Of a stretch of DNA of 64,000 nucleotides, positions 12,923-24,078 are shown piece after piece. This DNA is from Eledone cirrhosa (taxonomy: Eukaryota). The notes under the pieces were generated by a model. That model was not told the origin of the DNA and ran no database searches. It saw only the letters and a list, made by a program, of their open reading frames with translations. Location of the stretch: the NCBI GenBank assembly GCA_964016885.1, contig OZ024746.1, positions 98,890,001 through 98,954,000 on the forward strand. The letters are read 5' to 3'. How positions within the stretch are numbered: position 1 is the stretch's first letter; every line of letters starts with the position of its first letter. Both the position numbers and the translations under genes were made by a program.

Positions 12923-13385
12923 ATAAACCTGCAAACACAGACACACTTACAAAAATAAGCCATTCAAATTTATATATAGATTGTACACATAAGTGTAGTG
13001 AATGTTAGATGCTGTTTTCTGTAGTTTGTCATCACCCCTTCCTTCCTCAATCATCTCTAGTGCGTGACATCATCACCCCTTCCTTCCTCAGTCATCTCTA
13101 GCGTGTGACGGAAGGACGAACAGATGGAAGTAGCTCAAATTTATATATAGATTCTGCCAATCCACTGCCTCTGGGTTGGTACTTTATTTATTGATTGCTG
13201 AAAAGATGAAAGGCAAAGTTGACTTAGGGAGGATTTGGACTCAGAGTGTAGAAAGCCAAGACATTTAATCCTTCACTCTAAAAACTCTGACAATTTATCA
13301 AAGAAAAGTAGACTAATTTATAAGTTACAGAAGCAGAAAATGTTTATATAAATGTTGAAGAGTGCAAGTCATTATAATTTTAATA

Positions 13386-13569
13386 CAGGTAAAATTCTGT
13401 TATAATGAATACCGTTATAACAAATTTTTCAGTATAACAAAATCTTTTTCAATCCCTGAGGTAATAACAAACAAATGATTTGTTTTGGTCCATCTCGTTA
13501 TAAAGAATTTTTTGTTACAACAAATTTTTTTTTATACCCTGTGAATTTTGTTATAACAGAATTTCACTG
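13386..13569. mobile_element. Tc1/mariner (pogo/Tigger-like) MITE
   Basis: TA|caggtaaaattctgttataa ... ttataacagaatttcactg|TA, internal gttataac repeats. Confidence 0.7.
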
Positions 13570-13619
13570 TAGCTGAGAGTACACTAAGAAAAAAATAAGA
13601 AGACAGGATCCTGACCCCT

Positions 13620-13990
13620 TACATAGATTGGAAAGAAACGAAGCTTGCATGCTCCGCTGGATGTGTAATAGTAGTATATGTGAACAGCAAAGCATAAACA
13701 AACTGAGAAAGAAACTAGGCATAGGAGGGATCAGATGCTGTGTGCAGGAGAGGAGATTGCGTTGGTATGGGCATGTGATGCATATGAAGGATAACAGCTG
13801 TATAAATAGGTGCAGAGCGCTCAAAGTCGATGAAAGCCATGGAGTGGGGAGACCCAGGAAGACTTGGGATGAGGTGATAAAAGCTGACCTTGCTCTGTTA
13901 CACCTCTTAAAGACGATCACACAGGATGGGATCTCTGGTATTCTGCAGTAATACAGAAGATCTGCCATCCCATGGGCACAGGCTTAAGCT
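13620..13990 (+). mobile_element. RTE LINE 3' ORF fragment
   Basis: ERNEACMLRWMC...RRLRWYGHVM...GRPRKTWDEVIK. Confidence 0.85.
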
Positions 13991-15821
13991 AAAGCATACA
14001 TATAATATGCACCTCTCCCACTCCAACCTCCCAACTTCCATGAGGACAGGCTGTAGCATACATCTAGTGAAGCCTCCAACCACACTGTAAAATGTCCTCG
14101 GCAGAATTTGAACTGAGAGAGCAGAGTGCCAGAACAAATACCATAAAGCATTCTATCCAATGTTCTAATGACTGCCAATTCACCACTTATTCTGCATATA
14201 ACATATATTTTCATTTTCTTACATGTACACATTGCTTTCTTTTATTAATGGTTTATTTTTTCTCTGTTAATAATAATACACAGATGGTTCTATCAGCTGC
14301 CTTTTTATATGTTAAGTGTAAAATATTTTCTCTCATTTGCCATTTCATATATGTAAAAATGTTCATCACATATTTATGTGCTGTAATGTAATCACAAGTT
14401 TTTGTTATTTTGTGTTATGTAACACTAGAATTGTTTCTAACATGCTGATGTATATGTGTCTACATATGTATATGTGTTTGCATGTGTGTCTGTGTGTGTA
14501 TGTGCATACCTTTATATGTATGAGTATATAATTATGATTTCTAGTATAGGCCAGATATTTTGGGGGAGGGAAAAGTTGATTAAATCGTGCTTTATTTTAT
14601 CGACCCTGTAAGGATGAAAGGCAAAGTTAACCTCCTCAGCGGGATTTGAACTCAGAACGTAAATGTGTGTAACTCTATGCCACGAAGCATGTTGTTCGAC
14701 GCGCTACCGATACTGCCAATCCATTGCCCTATGAGTATATAAAATATAAACGTGCAAACACAGATACACTCACAACAGACATATAAATGTACACTCACAC
14801 ACAACGTAACAAACGGAATGCCAGCCACTGTTTTGCTATAGTCTTTTCACCATCCCCTTCCTTCCTTTTACACACATACATTGTGTGACAGACGGATGGA
14901 AGTTGCTCATATTTATATATAGATTTTTATATACGTAGTTATGTTATATGGATTTATTAATGCTACTTGAAGTGGCTTGCTCTTGTTTATAGTAAATTTA
15001 AATTAGATAATCCTCCTATTAACCCCTCCATTACTATATTGCCAATAATTTTCAAATAATTTAGAAAATAATCAAGAATTTCAAGGAATTTAACCCCTTA
15101 ACATTTACATTACTCTATAAAAATACTGTGGTATTTTTGTGGTAAAGGCTTTATCTTATATAATTATCTCACATGATATCAAATCTATGAGATTTGGATA
15201 TTATTTATTTTAAGAACAGTACCATAACATCAGTATGAGCCGCTGGTTATGGTCAGTTTGAACACAAAGAGGTGAGAGAATTCTGGCCAGATGCAGCCGG
15301 TTATGGCGGGTTTGAATAGAAAGAGGTGAGCGAATTCTGGCCAGATACAGCCGGTTATGGCGGGTTTGAATAGAAAGAGGTGAGCGAATTCTGACCGGAT
15401 ACAGCCGGTTATGGCCGGTTTGAACAGAAAGAGGTGAGAGAATTCTGGCCAGATACAGCCGGTTATGGCCGGTTTGAAAAGAAAGAAGTGAGAGGATTCT
15501 GGTCAGATAAGGCCGGTTAAATGTTAAAGGGTTAAGAAAGTGAACCTGTTGAGAGAGATGACACACAACCAAGCTGACTGATGATATATCATCCTACAAA
15601 TGACCTGTCCACTAGCATTATGACACTACAAGTAAATGTGGTGAGAGGCTGGAGGGTACAGTATTGGTGATTGAATGGAGACAATTTCATGTTTGAGAGA
15701 ACTCTTTACTCTGGATGAACATGTGACTATCTCCAGTTAGTCCCATGATAAAACACACTCAGTACATTCTCTAAAGAAGTAGTGGTGGGTCCACAAAACA
15801 AAAAAAAAACATACATCCAGT

Positions 15822-16104
15822 CAGGGCCGGATTTAATGGGGGAGGGGGGGGGGAATTACTCCAGGCCCCACCAGCGACGGCCATAGTAATTTATTTGTAC
15901 CCTCAGCTGGGCTTTTTAGTTTTAGTATGGTTAGAATTTTTGAATGTAATGCCTGTATGTATAACTTTTCAATTCCAATTATTTGTGTCAACCTAACTTT
16001 GATATGTAAAATTGGGGGGTTTGCTGTGTATTCTTATGTTTTGTGTATGAGGAGTCCTTGAAACCCTCAAGGGGCCCAGGCCCCCCAAGGTCTAAAGCCA
16101 ACCT
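15822..16104. mobile_element. hAT-like MITE (CAGGGCCGGATTTA terminus); related partial copies near 44515-44720 and 47270-47328
   Basis: G-rich terminal motif and shared body cctcagctgggctttttagttt. Confidence 0.55.
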
Positions 16105-16316
16105 GCAACCCGTACACCCTGAATGGGTTGTCATAGTCCAAGATCAGATGTTGGGGCGACCCCTCTTGTTCATATATTCTGTATTTAGCATGGTATGTAT
16201 GACTTGATGTCCTTCCTAATACCAACCATTTGGCAGGGTGTACTGGGTGCACTTTTTGGTGGCAGTATCACTACCACTTTATAGTTCACTAAGTAGTTGT
16301 TTTTTGTGGAACTATG

Positions 16317-16662
16317 GAGGCACATGGCTTAGTGGTTAGAGCATTGGCCTTGCAATCGAAAGGTTGTGAGTTCAATTCTCTGACCAGGTGATGTGTTGTT
16401 TCCCTGAGCAGGACACTTTATTTCACATTGCTCCAGTTTACTCAGCTGTAGAAATGAGATGATAGGGACTGGGGTCCCTATCATTCCACCGCAAAGTGGT
16501 TGTGGAGGTGCCACAGCAAAAAAGCACCCAGCACTCACTGTAAATGAGGTTGGTGTTAGGAAGGGCATCCAGCTGTAGAAATCAAGCCAGAATCAGTTCC
16601 CGTCCCACCCTTGCAAGCAGGGCAAAAAGCGGACGTAAAATGAAATGATGATGATGATGATG
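16317..16662 (+). mobile_element. Full-length SINE-A: tRNA head, CORE-like domain and RTE 3' tail
   Basis: A box tggcttagtgg, B box gagttcaattc, ctgagcaggacactttatt...ctccagtttactcagctgtagaaatgag, tail gttggtgttaggaagggcatcc...ggacgtaaaa(tga)n. Confidence 0.9.
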
Positions 16663-16833
16663 ATACCACTACCACTTTACAGAGTGTACTGGGTGCATCA
16701 TGGCACCAACACTAACACTTTATAGACTGTACTAACGAAATTTATCATGGTAGCAACACTAAAGAAGTTGTTACATGCTTTCATACATATATGTACATGT
16801 ATTTGCATATGTGTATGTGTGTGTTTATGTATA

Positions 16834-17001
16834 TTGTATTTCCCGGTGCCGAAGACGCTTCGTCCTCGAGGACCCACCCTAATTTTGACAACCAAAAATT
16901 TGAAAAACAACAATAAACAACCTTTGACCTCTAGGGCGCATGGTAGATTTTTGAGACTTATTTTAGGAAAAAAACAACATCTTCGACGCCGGGAAATACG
17001 G
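16834..17001. mobile_element. pogo-like MITE
   Basis: TIR gtatttcccggtgccgaaga / tcttcgacgccgggaaatac, flanked by TA. Confidence 0.7.
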
Positions 17002-17187
17002 TATATATATAACACGGCTGATTGAACAGGGTTTTCAAGACTAGAAATAGGTAGTAAGTTAACAACTACCATGCTAGTCTATATATTGATCTCCATCGAT
17101 CAATCAACCTCCTGAAACGATAGTAAAACAATGAACTAACTATTTACTTACACCTGACGTCTGTTTTTATTGTTCTATGCATAAACA

Positions 17188-19813
17188 CATGTAGGTGTCA
17201 CGACAAACAACACCCAGTCCACACTGTAAAGTGGTCGTGTAGCTGTCACAACAAAAGGCACCCAGTCCACACTGTAAAGTGGTCGTGTAGCTGTCACAAC
17301 AAACAACACCCAGTCCACACTGTAAAGTGGTCGTGTAGCTGTCACGACAAAAGGCACCCCGTCCACACTGTAAAGTGGTCATGTAGGTGTCACGACAAAA
17401 GGCACCCAGTCCACACTGTAAAGTGGTCGTGTAGCTGTCACAACAAAAGGCACTCAGTCCACACTGTAAAGTGGTCATGTAGGTGTCACGACAAAAGGCA
17501 CCCAGTCCACACTGTAAAGTGGTCATGTAGGTGTCATGACAAAAGGCACCAAGTCCACACTGTAAAGTGGTCATGTAGGTGTCACGACAAAAGGCACCCC
17601 GTCCACACTGTAAAGTGGTCATGTAGGTGTCACGACAAAAGGCACCCAGTCCACACTGTAAAGTGGTCGTGTAGCTGTCACAACAAAAGGCACCCAGTCC
17701 ACACTGTAAAGTGGTCATGTAGGTGTCACGACAAAAGGCACCCCGTCCACACTGTAAAGTGGTCATGTAGGTGTCACGACAAAAGGCACCCAGTCCACAC
17801 TGTAAAGTGGTCGTGTAGCTGTCACAACAAAAGGCACCCAGTCCACACTGTAAAGTGGTCATGTAGGTGTCACGACAAAAGGCACCCCGTCCACACTGTA
17901 AAGTGGTCATGTAGGTGTCACGACAAAAGGCACCCAGTTCACACTGTAAAGTGGTCATGTAGATGTCACGACAAAAGGCACCCAGACCACACTGTAAAGT
18001 GGTCATGTAGGTGTCACGACAAAAGGCACCCAGTCCACACTGTAAAGTGGTCATGTAGGTGTCACGACAAAAGGCACCCAGTTCACACTGTAAAGTGGTC
18101 ATGTAGGTGTCACGACAAAAGGGACCCAGTCCACACTGTAAAGTGGTCATGTAGGTGTCACGACAAAAGGCACCCAGTCCACACTGTAAAGTGGTCATGT
18201 AGGTGTCATGACAAAAGGCACCAAGTCCACACTGTAAAGTGGTCATGTAGGTGTCACAACAAAAGGCACCCAGTCCACACTGTAAAGTGGTCATGTAGGT
18301 GTCACGACAAAAGGCACCCAGTTCACACTGTAAAGTGGTCATGTAGGTGTCACGACAAAAGGCACCCAGTCCACACTGTAAAGTGGTCATGTAGGTGTCA
18401 CGACAAAAGGCACCCAGTTCACACTGTAAAGTGGTCATGTAGGTGTCACGACAAAAGGCACCCAGTCCACACTGTAAAGTGGTCATGTAGGTGTCATGAC
18501 AAAAGGCACCAAGTCCACACTGTAAAGTGGTCATGTAGGTGTCACAACAAAAGGCACCCAGTCCACACTGTAAAGTGGTCATGTAGGTGTCACGACAAAA
18601 GGCACCCCGTCCACACTGTAAAGTGGTCATGTAGGTGTCACGACAAAAGGCACCCAGTCCACACTGTAAAGTGGTCGTGTAGCTGTCACAACAAAAGGCA
18701 CCCAGTCCACACTGTAAAGTGGTCATGTAGGTGTCACGACAAAAGGCACCCCGTCCACACTGTAAAGTGGTCATGTAGGTGTCACGACAAAAGGCACCCA
18801 GTCCACACTGTAAAGTGGTCGTGTAGCTGTCACAACAAAAGGCACCCAGTCCACACTGTAAAGTGGTCATGCAGGTGTCACGACAAAAGGCACCCCGTCC
18901 ACACTGTAAAGTGGTCATGTAGGTGTCACGACAAAAGGCACCCAGTTCACACTGTAAAGTGGTCATGTAGATGTCACGACAAAAGGCACCCAGACCACAC
19001 TGTAAAGTGGTCATGTAGGTGTCACGACAAAAGGCACCCAGTCCACACTGTAAAGTGGTCATGTAGGTGTCACGACAAAAGGCACCCAGTCCACACTGTA
19101 AAGTGGTCATGTAGGTGTCACGACAAAAGGGACCCAGTCCACACTGTAAAGTGGTCATGTAGGTGTCACGACAAAAGGCACCCAGTCCACACTGTAAAGT
19201 GGTCATGTAGGTGTCATGACAAAAGGCACCAAGTCCACACTGTAAAGTGGTCATGTAGGTGTCACGACAAAAGGCACCCAGTCCACACTGTAAAGTGGTC
19301 ATGTAGGTGTCACGACAAAAGGCACCCAGTTCACACTGTAAAGTGGTCATGTAGGTGTCACGACAAAAGGCACCCAGTCCACACTGTAAAGTGGTCATGT
19401 AGGTGTCACGACAAAAGGCACCCAGTTCACACTGTAAAGTGGTCATGTAGGTGTCACGACAAAAGGCACCCAGTCCACACTGTAAAGTGGTCATGTAGGT
19501 GTCATGACAAAAGGCACCAAGTCCACACTGTAAAGTGGTCATGTAGGTGTCACAACAAAAGGCACCCAGTCCACACTGTAAAGTGGTCATGTAGGTGTCA
19601 CGACAAAAGGCACCCAGTTCACACTGTAAAGTGGTCATGTAGGTGTCACGACAAAAGGCACCCAGTTCACACTGTAAAGTGGTCATGTAGGTGTCACAAC
19701 AAAAGGCACCCAGTTCACACTGTAAAGTGGTCATGTAGGTGTCATGACAAAAGGCACCCAGTCCACACTGTAAAGTGGTCATGTAGGTGTCACGACAAAA
19801 GGCACCCAGTTCA
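17188..19813. repeat. 48-bp satellite (~55 copies) inside an RTE 3' end (tail 19815-19980), with higher-order repeat structure
   Basis: Unit gtaggtgtcacgacaaaaggcacccagtccacactgtaaagtggtcat; followed by gttaggaaggg...cccatgctagc...(gat)n RTE tail; opposite orientation to the 84-703 array. Confidence 0.95.
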
Positions 19814-20149
19814 CAGTGTTAATGAAGTTGACGTTAGGAAGGGATTCCAGCTGTAGAAGCCCAGCTAGAATCAGTTCTGTATTTGCAAGACATGGTCACC
19901 TGACCTAGCATTGCCCACAACTGGACAACTCGTCTAACCCATGCTAGCTTGGAAGAATGGGTGTAAAACGATGATGATATATATATATATATATACTCTA
20001 GCATAATACCTGAAGTGTATAGTGAAAAAATATTTAATTAATTCCTTGATTACATCAACATTATATGAGAAGACACTTGAATCTCTTGAGTTTTCCTTGA
20101 CCTTTGTAAATTTAATCTCCCTTTTTCTTGGTAACAGCCTTAGAATAGG

Positions 20150-20626
20150 AGCAACAGTAGTAGTAGTAGTAGTAGTACTAGTAGTGATGGTAGTGTCAGC
20201 AGCAGTAGTAGTAGTAGTAGTGATGGTAGTGACAACATCAGTAGTAGTAGTAGTAGTAGCAGTAGTAGTAGTAGTAGCTGTAGCAGTAGTAGTAGTAGTA
20301 GCAGTAGTAGTAGTAGTAGCTGTAGCAGTAGTAGTAGTAGTAGTAGCAGCAGTAGTAGTAGCAGTAGTAGTAGCAGTAGTAGTAGTAGTAGCAGTAGTAG
20401 CAGCAGTAGCAGCAGTAGTAGTAGCTGTAGTAGCAGTAGTAGTAGCAGTAGTAATAGTAGTAGCAGTAGTAGTAGTAGTAGTAGCAGTAGCAGTAGGAGT
20501 AGTAGCAGTAGCAGTAGTAGTAGTAGCAGTAGTAGTAGCTGTAGTAGCAGTAGTAGTAGTAGTAGCAGTAGTAATAGTAGTAGCAGTAGTAGTAGTGATG
20601 CTAGTGTCAACATCAACAACAGTAGT
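20150..20626. repeat. Compound (GTA/GCA)n microsatellite
   Basis: Direct reading; gives poly-V/T/L pseudo-ORFs. Confidence 0.95.
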
Positions 20627-21389
20627 CAAAGGCTCAAATTAATTGTTATTATCATAGTGGTGAATTGGCAGTATCAGTAGTGGGTCAGAGGCCATGTTTT
20701 GCAGCATAGAGTTACGTCCCTTTACGGTCTGAGTTCAAATTCCACTGAGGTTAAATTTGCCTTTCATCCTTACGAGGTCGATAAAATAAAGTACCAGTAA
20801 TGTACTGGGTAATTGCTGGCCTTGTGCCAAAAGTAGAAACAATTATCATAGTAGTAATAAGAACTCTTTTTTTTTTTCTTTCTTCATAATATTAGCAATT
20901 CTGATAACATTGATTGACTCTCACAAAATGGTTATCACATGTTTAAATGATATTTAATAAGATATAAATGACTAAATAATATTATTATATGTATTTAAAT
21001 ATTTGTTTATATGAACATGAAAATGATAGATTGGTGAAAGATTAATTAATTTTATATCTATATATGCTTAACCCTTCAGCATTTACATTACTCTATATAT
21101 ACTATTGTATTTTCACAGTAAAGGCTTTACCTCACATAATATCTCACATAACATTTACATTACTCTATATATACTATTGTATTTTCAGAGTAAAGGCTTT
21201 ACCTCACATAATTATCTCATAATATCGAATCTATGAGATTTTGATATTATTTATTTTGAGAACAACACCTTAACATCAGTATGAGTGGCTGGTTGCAGCC
21301 AGTTTGAACAGAAAGAGCTGAGAGACTTCTGGCCAGATACAGCTGGTTTAAATGCTAAAGGGTTAATAGTAATGAAAGATGTATACCTA

Positions 21390-21439
<50 letters not shown>

Positions 21440-21440
<1 letters not shown>

Positions 21441-22438
21441 GTGGACAAGTAAGAAATCGGAGAACAGACCGTTAATACATGTTTATTGAAAACAGCACCT
21501 ACGTACGTTTCGCCCGGATGGGCTTCTCAAGGGCATAAATTACTAAAAGCGTTCCTTACATGGCCCGGAAAGTGTTTTGGGGGTAAGTTCACGTCAGAGT
21601 TCATTCTTTGCAAAAAAAGTGTGTTTTGATTTTGCAGTAGGTCAAGGGAGGTAACTCTGGCCGGTGTTAGGGCAGTCTTTTCCGGACAAATTTTTTATCC
21701 GTTACAAGATGTGGTTACAACCTTACCATTGTCGATACGCACAGGGTCAGGTAATCTATGCTTATTTTTTTTTTTTGTTTGCTGCACCTGCCCGCCTGGG
21801 TCATTTGAAGCTGGGTCTGGGATGCATGGTTAGTTTCCGGATGTTTTTTGCAGCGCCTGCCCGCCGGGGTGTTAAAGCTTGTTGCAGGGAGACCCGGTAT
21901 ACGGTTTCACTCCTCATCCTTATCCCATCTGAAAAAGGATATTTTTAAGCGATGTGTACAGCTTATCGTCGTTTCAGCTCTGCTGTTGATGAGCTCGTAG
22001 GGTGCAGTTATGATGTGGTAGAGCTCCATGAGGCAAAGATCGCACTTCCTCTTGAAGTTGTACGGTGCAGCCCTGCCGACAATATCCCAGTGCGTGGAGA
22101 AGCTGATGTTTAAGTTTTTTAATGATGTGATGTAATCCGCGAGTGAAGTGGAGTGTCTTAATTTCTTATTTGTGAAAGAGTGGAGATGTGTTCGAAATCT
22201 AATTTTGAACGGGCCAGAGGTAGCCCCTATATAATGTTTAACGCTATTGCGGCTAGTTACAGTGCACCTATATATAACCCTATCAGTCAAGCAGTATCCT
22301 CTAAGGGCGCAGCGTTCCCTGTCGCGGCAGTTGCAATTTCTGTCGTGGTTCCTTCTAATTCCCACGGTAAGGCCATCATTATTGCTATCTACGTTGTTAT
22401 CTACGCTCCCACACCTGTCGTAAGCACCATTATAACCC

Positions 22439-22441
<3 letters not shown>
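21440..22441 (-). mobile_element. Penelope-like retroelement 3' fragment: GIY-YIG endonuclease plus pLTR, between (TA)n tracts
   Basis: ORF 21907-22440: CALRGYCL..VIYRC..HYIGAT..FKIRFRTH..SF...CDLCLME...INSRAE...CTH; downstream hammerhead-like motif and AATAAA. Confidence 0.88.
21495..21535 (-). ncRNA. Minimal type I hammerhead-ribozyme motif (U3-A8 core variant)
   Basis: Minus strand: gccc UUGAGAA GCCC-aucc-GGGC GAAA CGUACG UA ggugc; palindromic stem III ACGUACGU; stem I weak. Confidence 0.65.
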
Positions 22442-22484
<43 letters not shown>

Positions 22485-22968
22485 ATATTGAGCTTTTGTT
22501 TTATTTTGTTTTTTTTTTATAAAATAATGAGATATCCTACACAGGTGAAAGTATAAGGAAAAGAAATCGAAAATGCAACTGGAGTCTATTTAAGAATATT
22601 TATTTATTTTCTTTACCGGTTTCACAGTTCTTATGCTTTTCAAAAGTAGAATTGAGATGGAAGGTTTGTGGTTTCTCTCGCGTCTGGCTAAATAAAAAAA
22701 AAAAAAAAATATATATATATATAAAGAGGTCATTCTGATATAAAACCTGCGACTTCATTTCCAGCCAATGATGTAGACCAGTTCTACGTTTTGAATAAAT
22801 GCATTCGGTGTTCAGGGAATGGGATTGGCTCCATGCTAAAGGGTTAAAGATATATTTATTGTGAATCTTTCCGAATAAATCTTCATTTAACAAAGTAACA
22901 AAAACACACTGAAATTGTTCAGATACATTGCTTACTGATTGTTTTTCTTTTTCTTGTTTTTCAGCATA

Positions 22969-24078
22969 ATGTTAAATTTTCATCCTGCCAACATAGACTA
23001 TGTAACCATGGAAGTCACACTGACTAGTGCCGACGGTAAGTCTGTTTGCTGCAATGCAGACATCCTCGCTCGTCACTCGGAGTATATTGCAGCGATGCTG
23101 CGCAGCCACATGTCTGAGAGCAAGAGTTTGCAGGTAAAGTTTGAGTACCTGTCACTGGAACAGCTCAGTTGGATATGTGATTATGTAGGACACAAGGCAA
23201 AAGATGCAGGCCCGCTACTTACCTTTGAGAATTCATATAGTGTTCTTAGCACCTTGGATTATTTGTGCATGCGGGATGCTATGCAGATGTGTGAATTGGA
23301 GTTGGCTAAAAAACTTACCATTGAAAACTGTGATAAGCTTGCTAAGGCTTATGAACTTGTTCAAAAGTTCAATCTTGTAATACTGAAAAAAGCAATACTA
23401 CAGGTTCTGTGTCAGCTTTATGTGATGAAACCCTTATCGTGGAAAGCCAAAATGCTGAAAAAGCTTCCAGCAGATTATCTTAATGAAATCTTCATGCATG
23501 ACAACTTTCCACAAACTTCAGAAGAGAAGGACATTGTGGAGCTAGTCTTTAAATGGTTAGTTTTTAATGAGCCCAACATATCAGATGTTAACAAGGCAGT
23601 AGATTTAATCTTTGCCCCAGCATTAGAATTGATACATGTTGAGAGACTCGACCATTTCATTCAAAAGCTACCTTATGCAAAAAGTGCTTTGGAAACATTA
23701 AAGAATCGTATTCGACAGTTTCATAAATTCCCTCATCGGTATCTCCGTGATAAAAAGGACACTTCACCACACAAATTTCGTAAGCCTATTGATTCTGTAT
23801 TCCGTTATGGTGGAATAGGAGGATGTTGTGTGTCGACAGCTGTTAGTTATGTGGCATTGGACTGCATTGATAAGGTCATTGCCAATTCTGAACACTTAAG
23901 TATTCTTCAATGTAATGAATCCATTGAACCTACCCCAGTACCTCTCATTGAGTGTGGAACTTGTACCTTGGACAATATTGTCTATGTTGCTGGAGGACAA
24001 TCGAGATATACAATAACCGGTAAATTTGCCAAAAAAACTGTGTATCGATACATTCCATACAGAAAAAAATGGCAGCAG
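22969..24078 (+). CDS. KLHL-like coding exon 1 (BTB, BACK, kelch 1-2)
   Basis: Polypyrimidine tract plus tcag acceptor at 22964, ATG at 22969. BTB motif DILARHSEYIAAMLRSHMSES, BACK motif EEKDIVELVFKWL, kelch VYVAGG. Donor CAG|gtaaga at 24078/24079. An upstream exon must exist but was not located. Confidence 0.9.

Noticed and set aside
16319-16390. tRNA gene
   Set aside because: The tRNA-like sequence is a SINE head: imperfect anticodon and acceptor stems, continuing directly into the SINE body in multiple copies.
17167-19782. 871-aa Cys-rich repeat ORF (and 31-861, 276 aa) as a metal-binding or structural protein
   Set aside because: The 48-bp unit is a multiple of 3 and stop-free in one frame; it derives from RTE 3'UTR sequence, with no signal peptide, splice context or unique domain.
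22939-22968. N-terminal extension of the 392-aa ORF (and C-terminal VRNFFFFAYFFY)
   Set aside because: These are the polypyrimidine tract and intron sequence beyond the splice sites.
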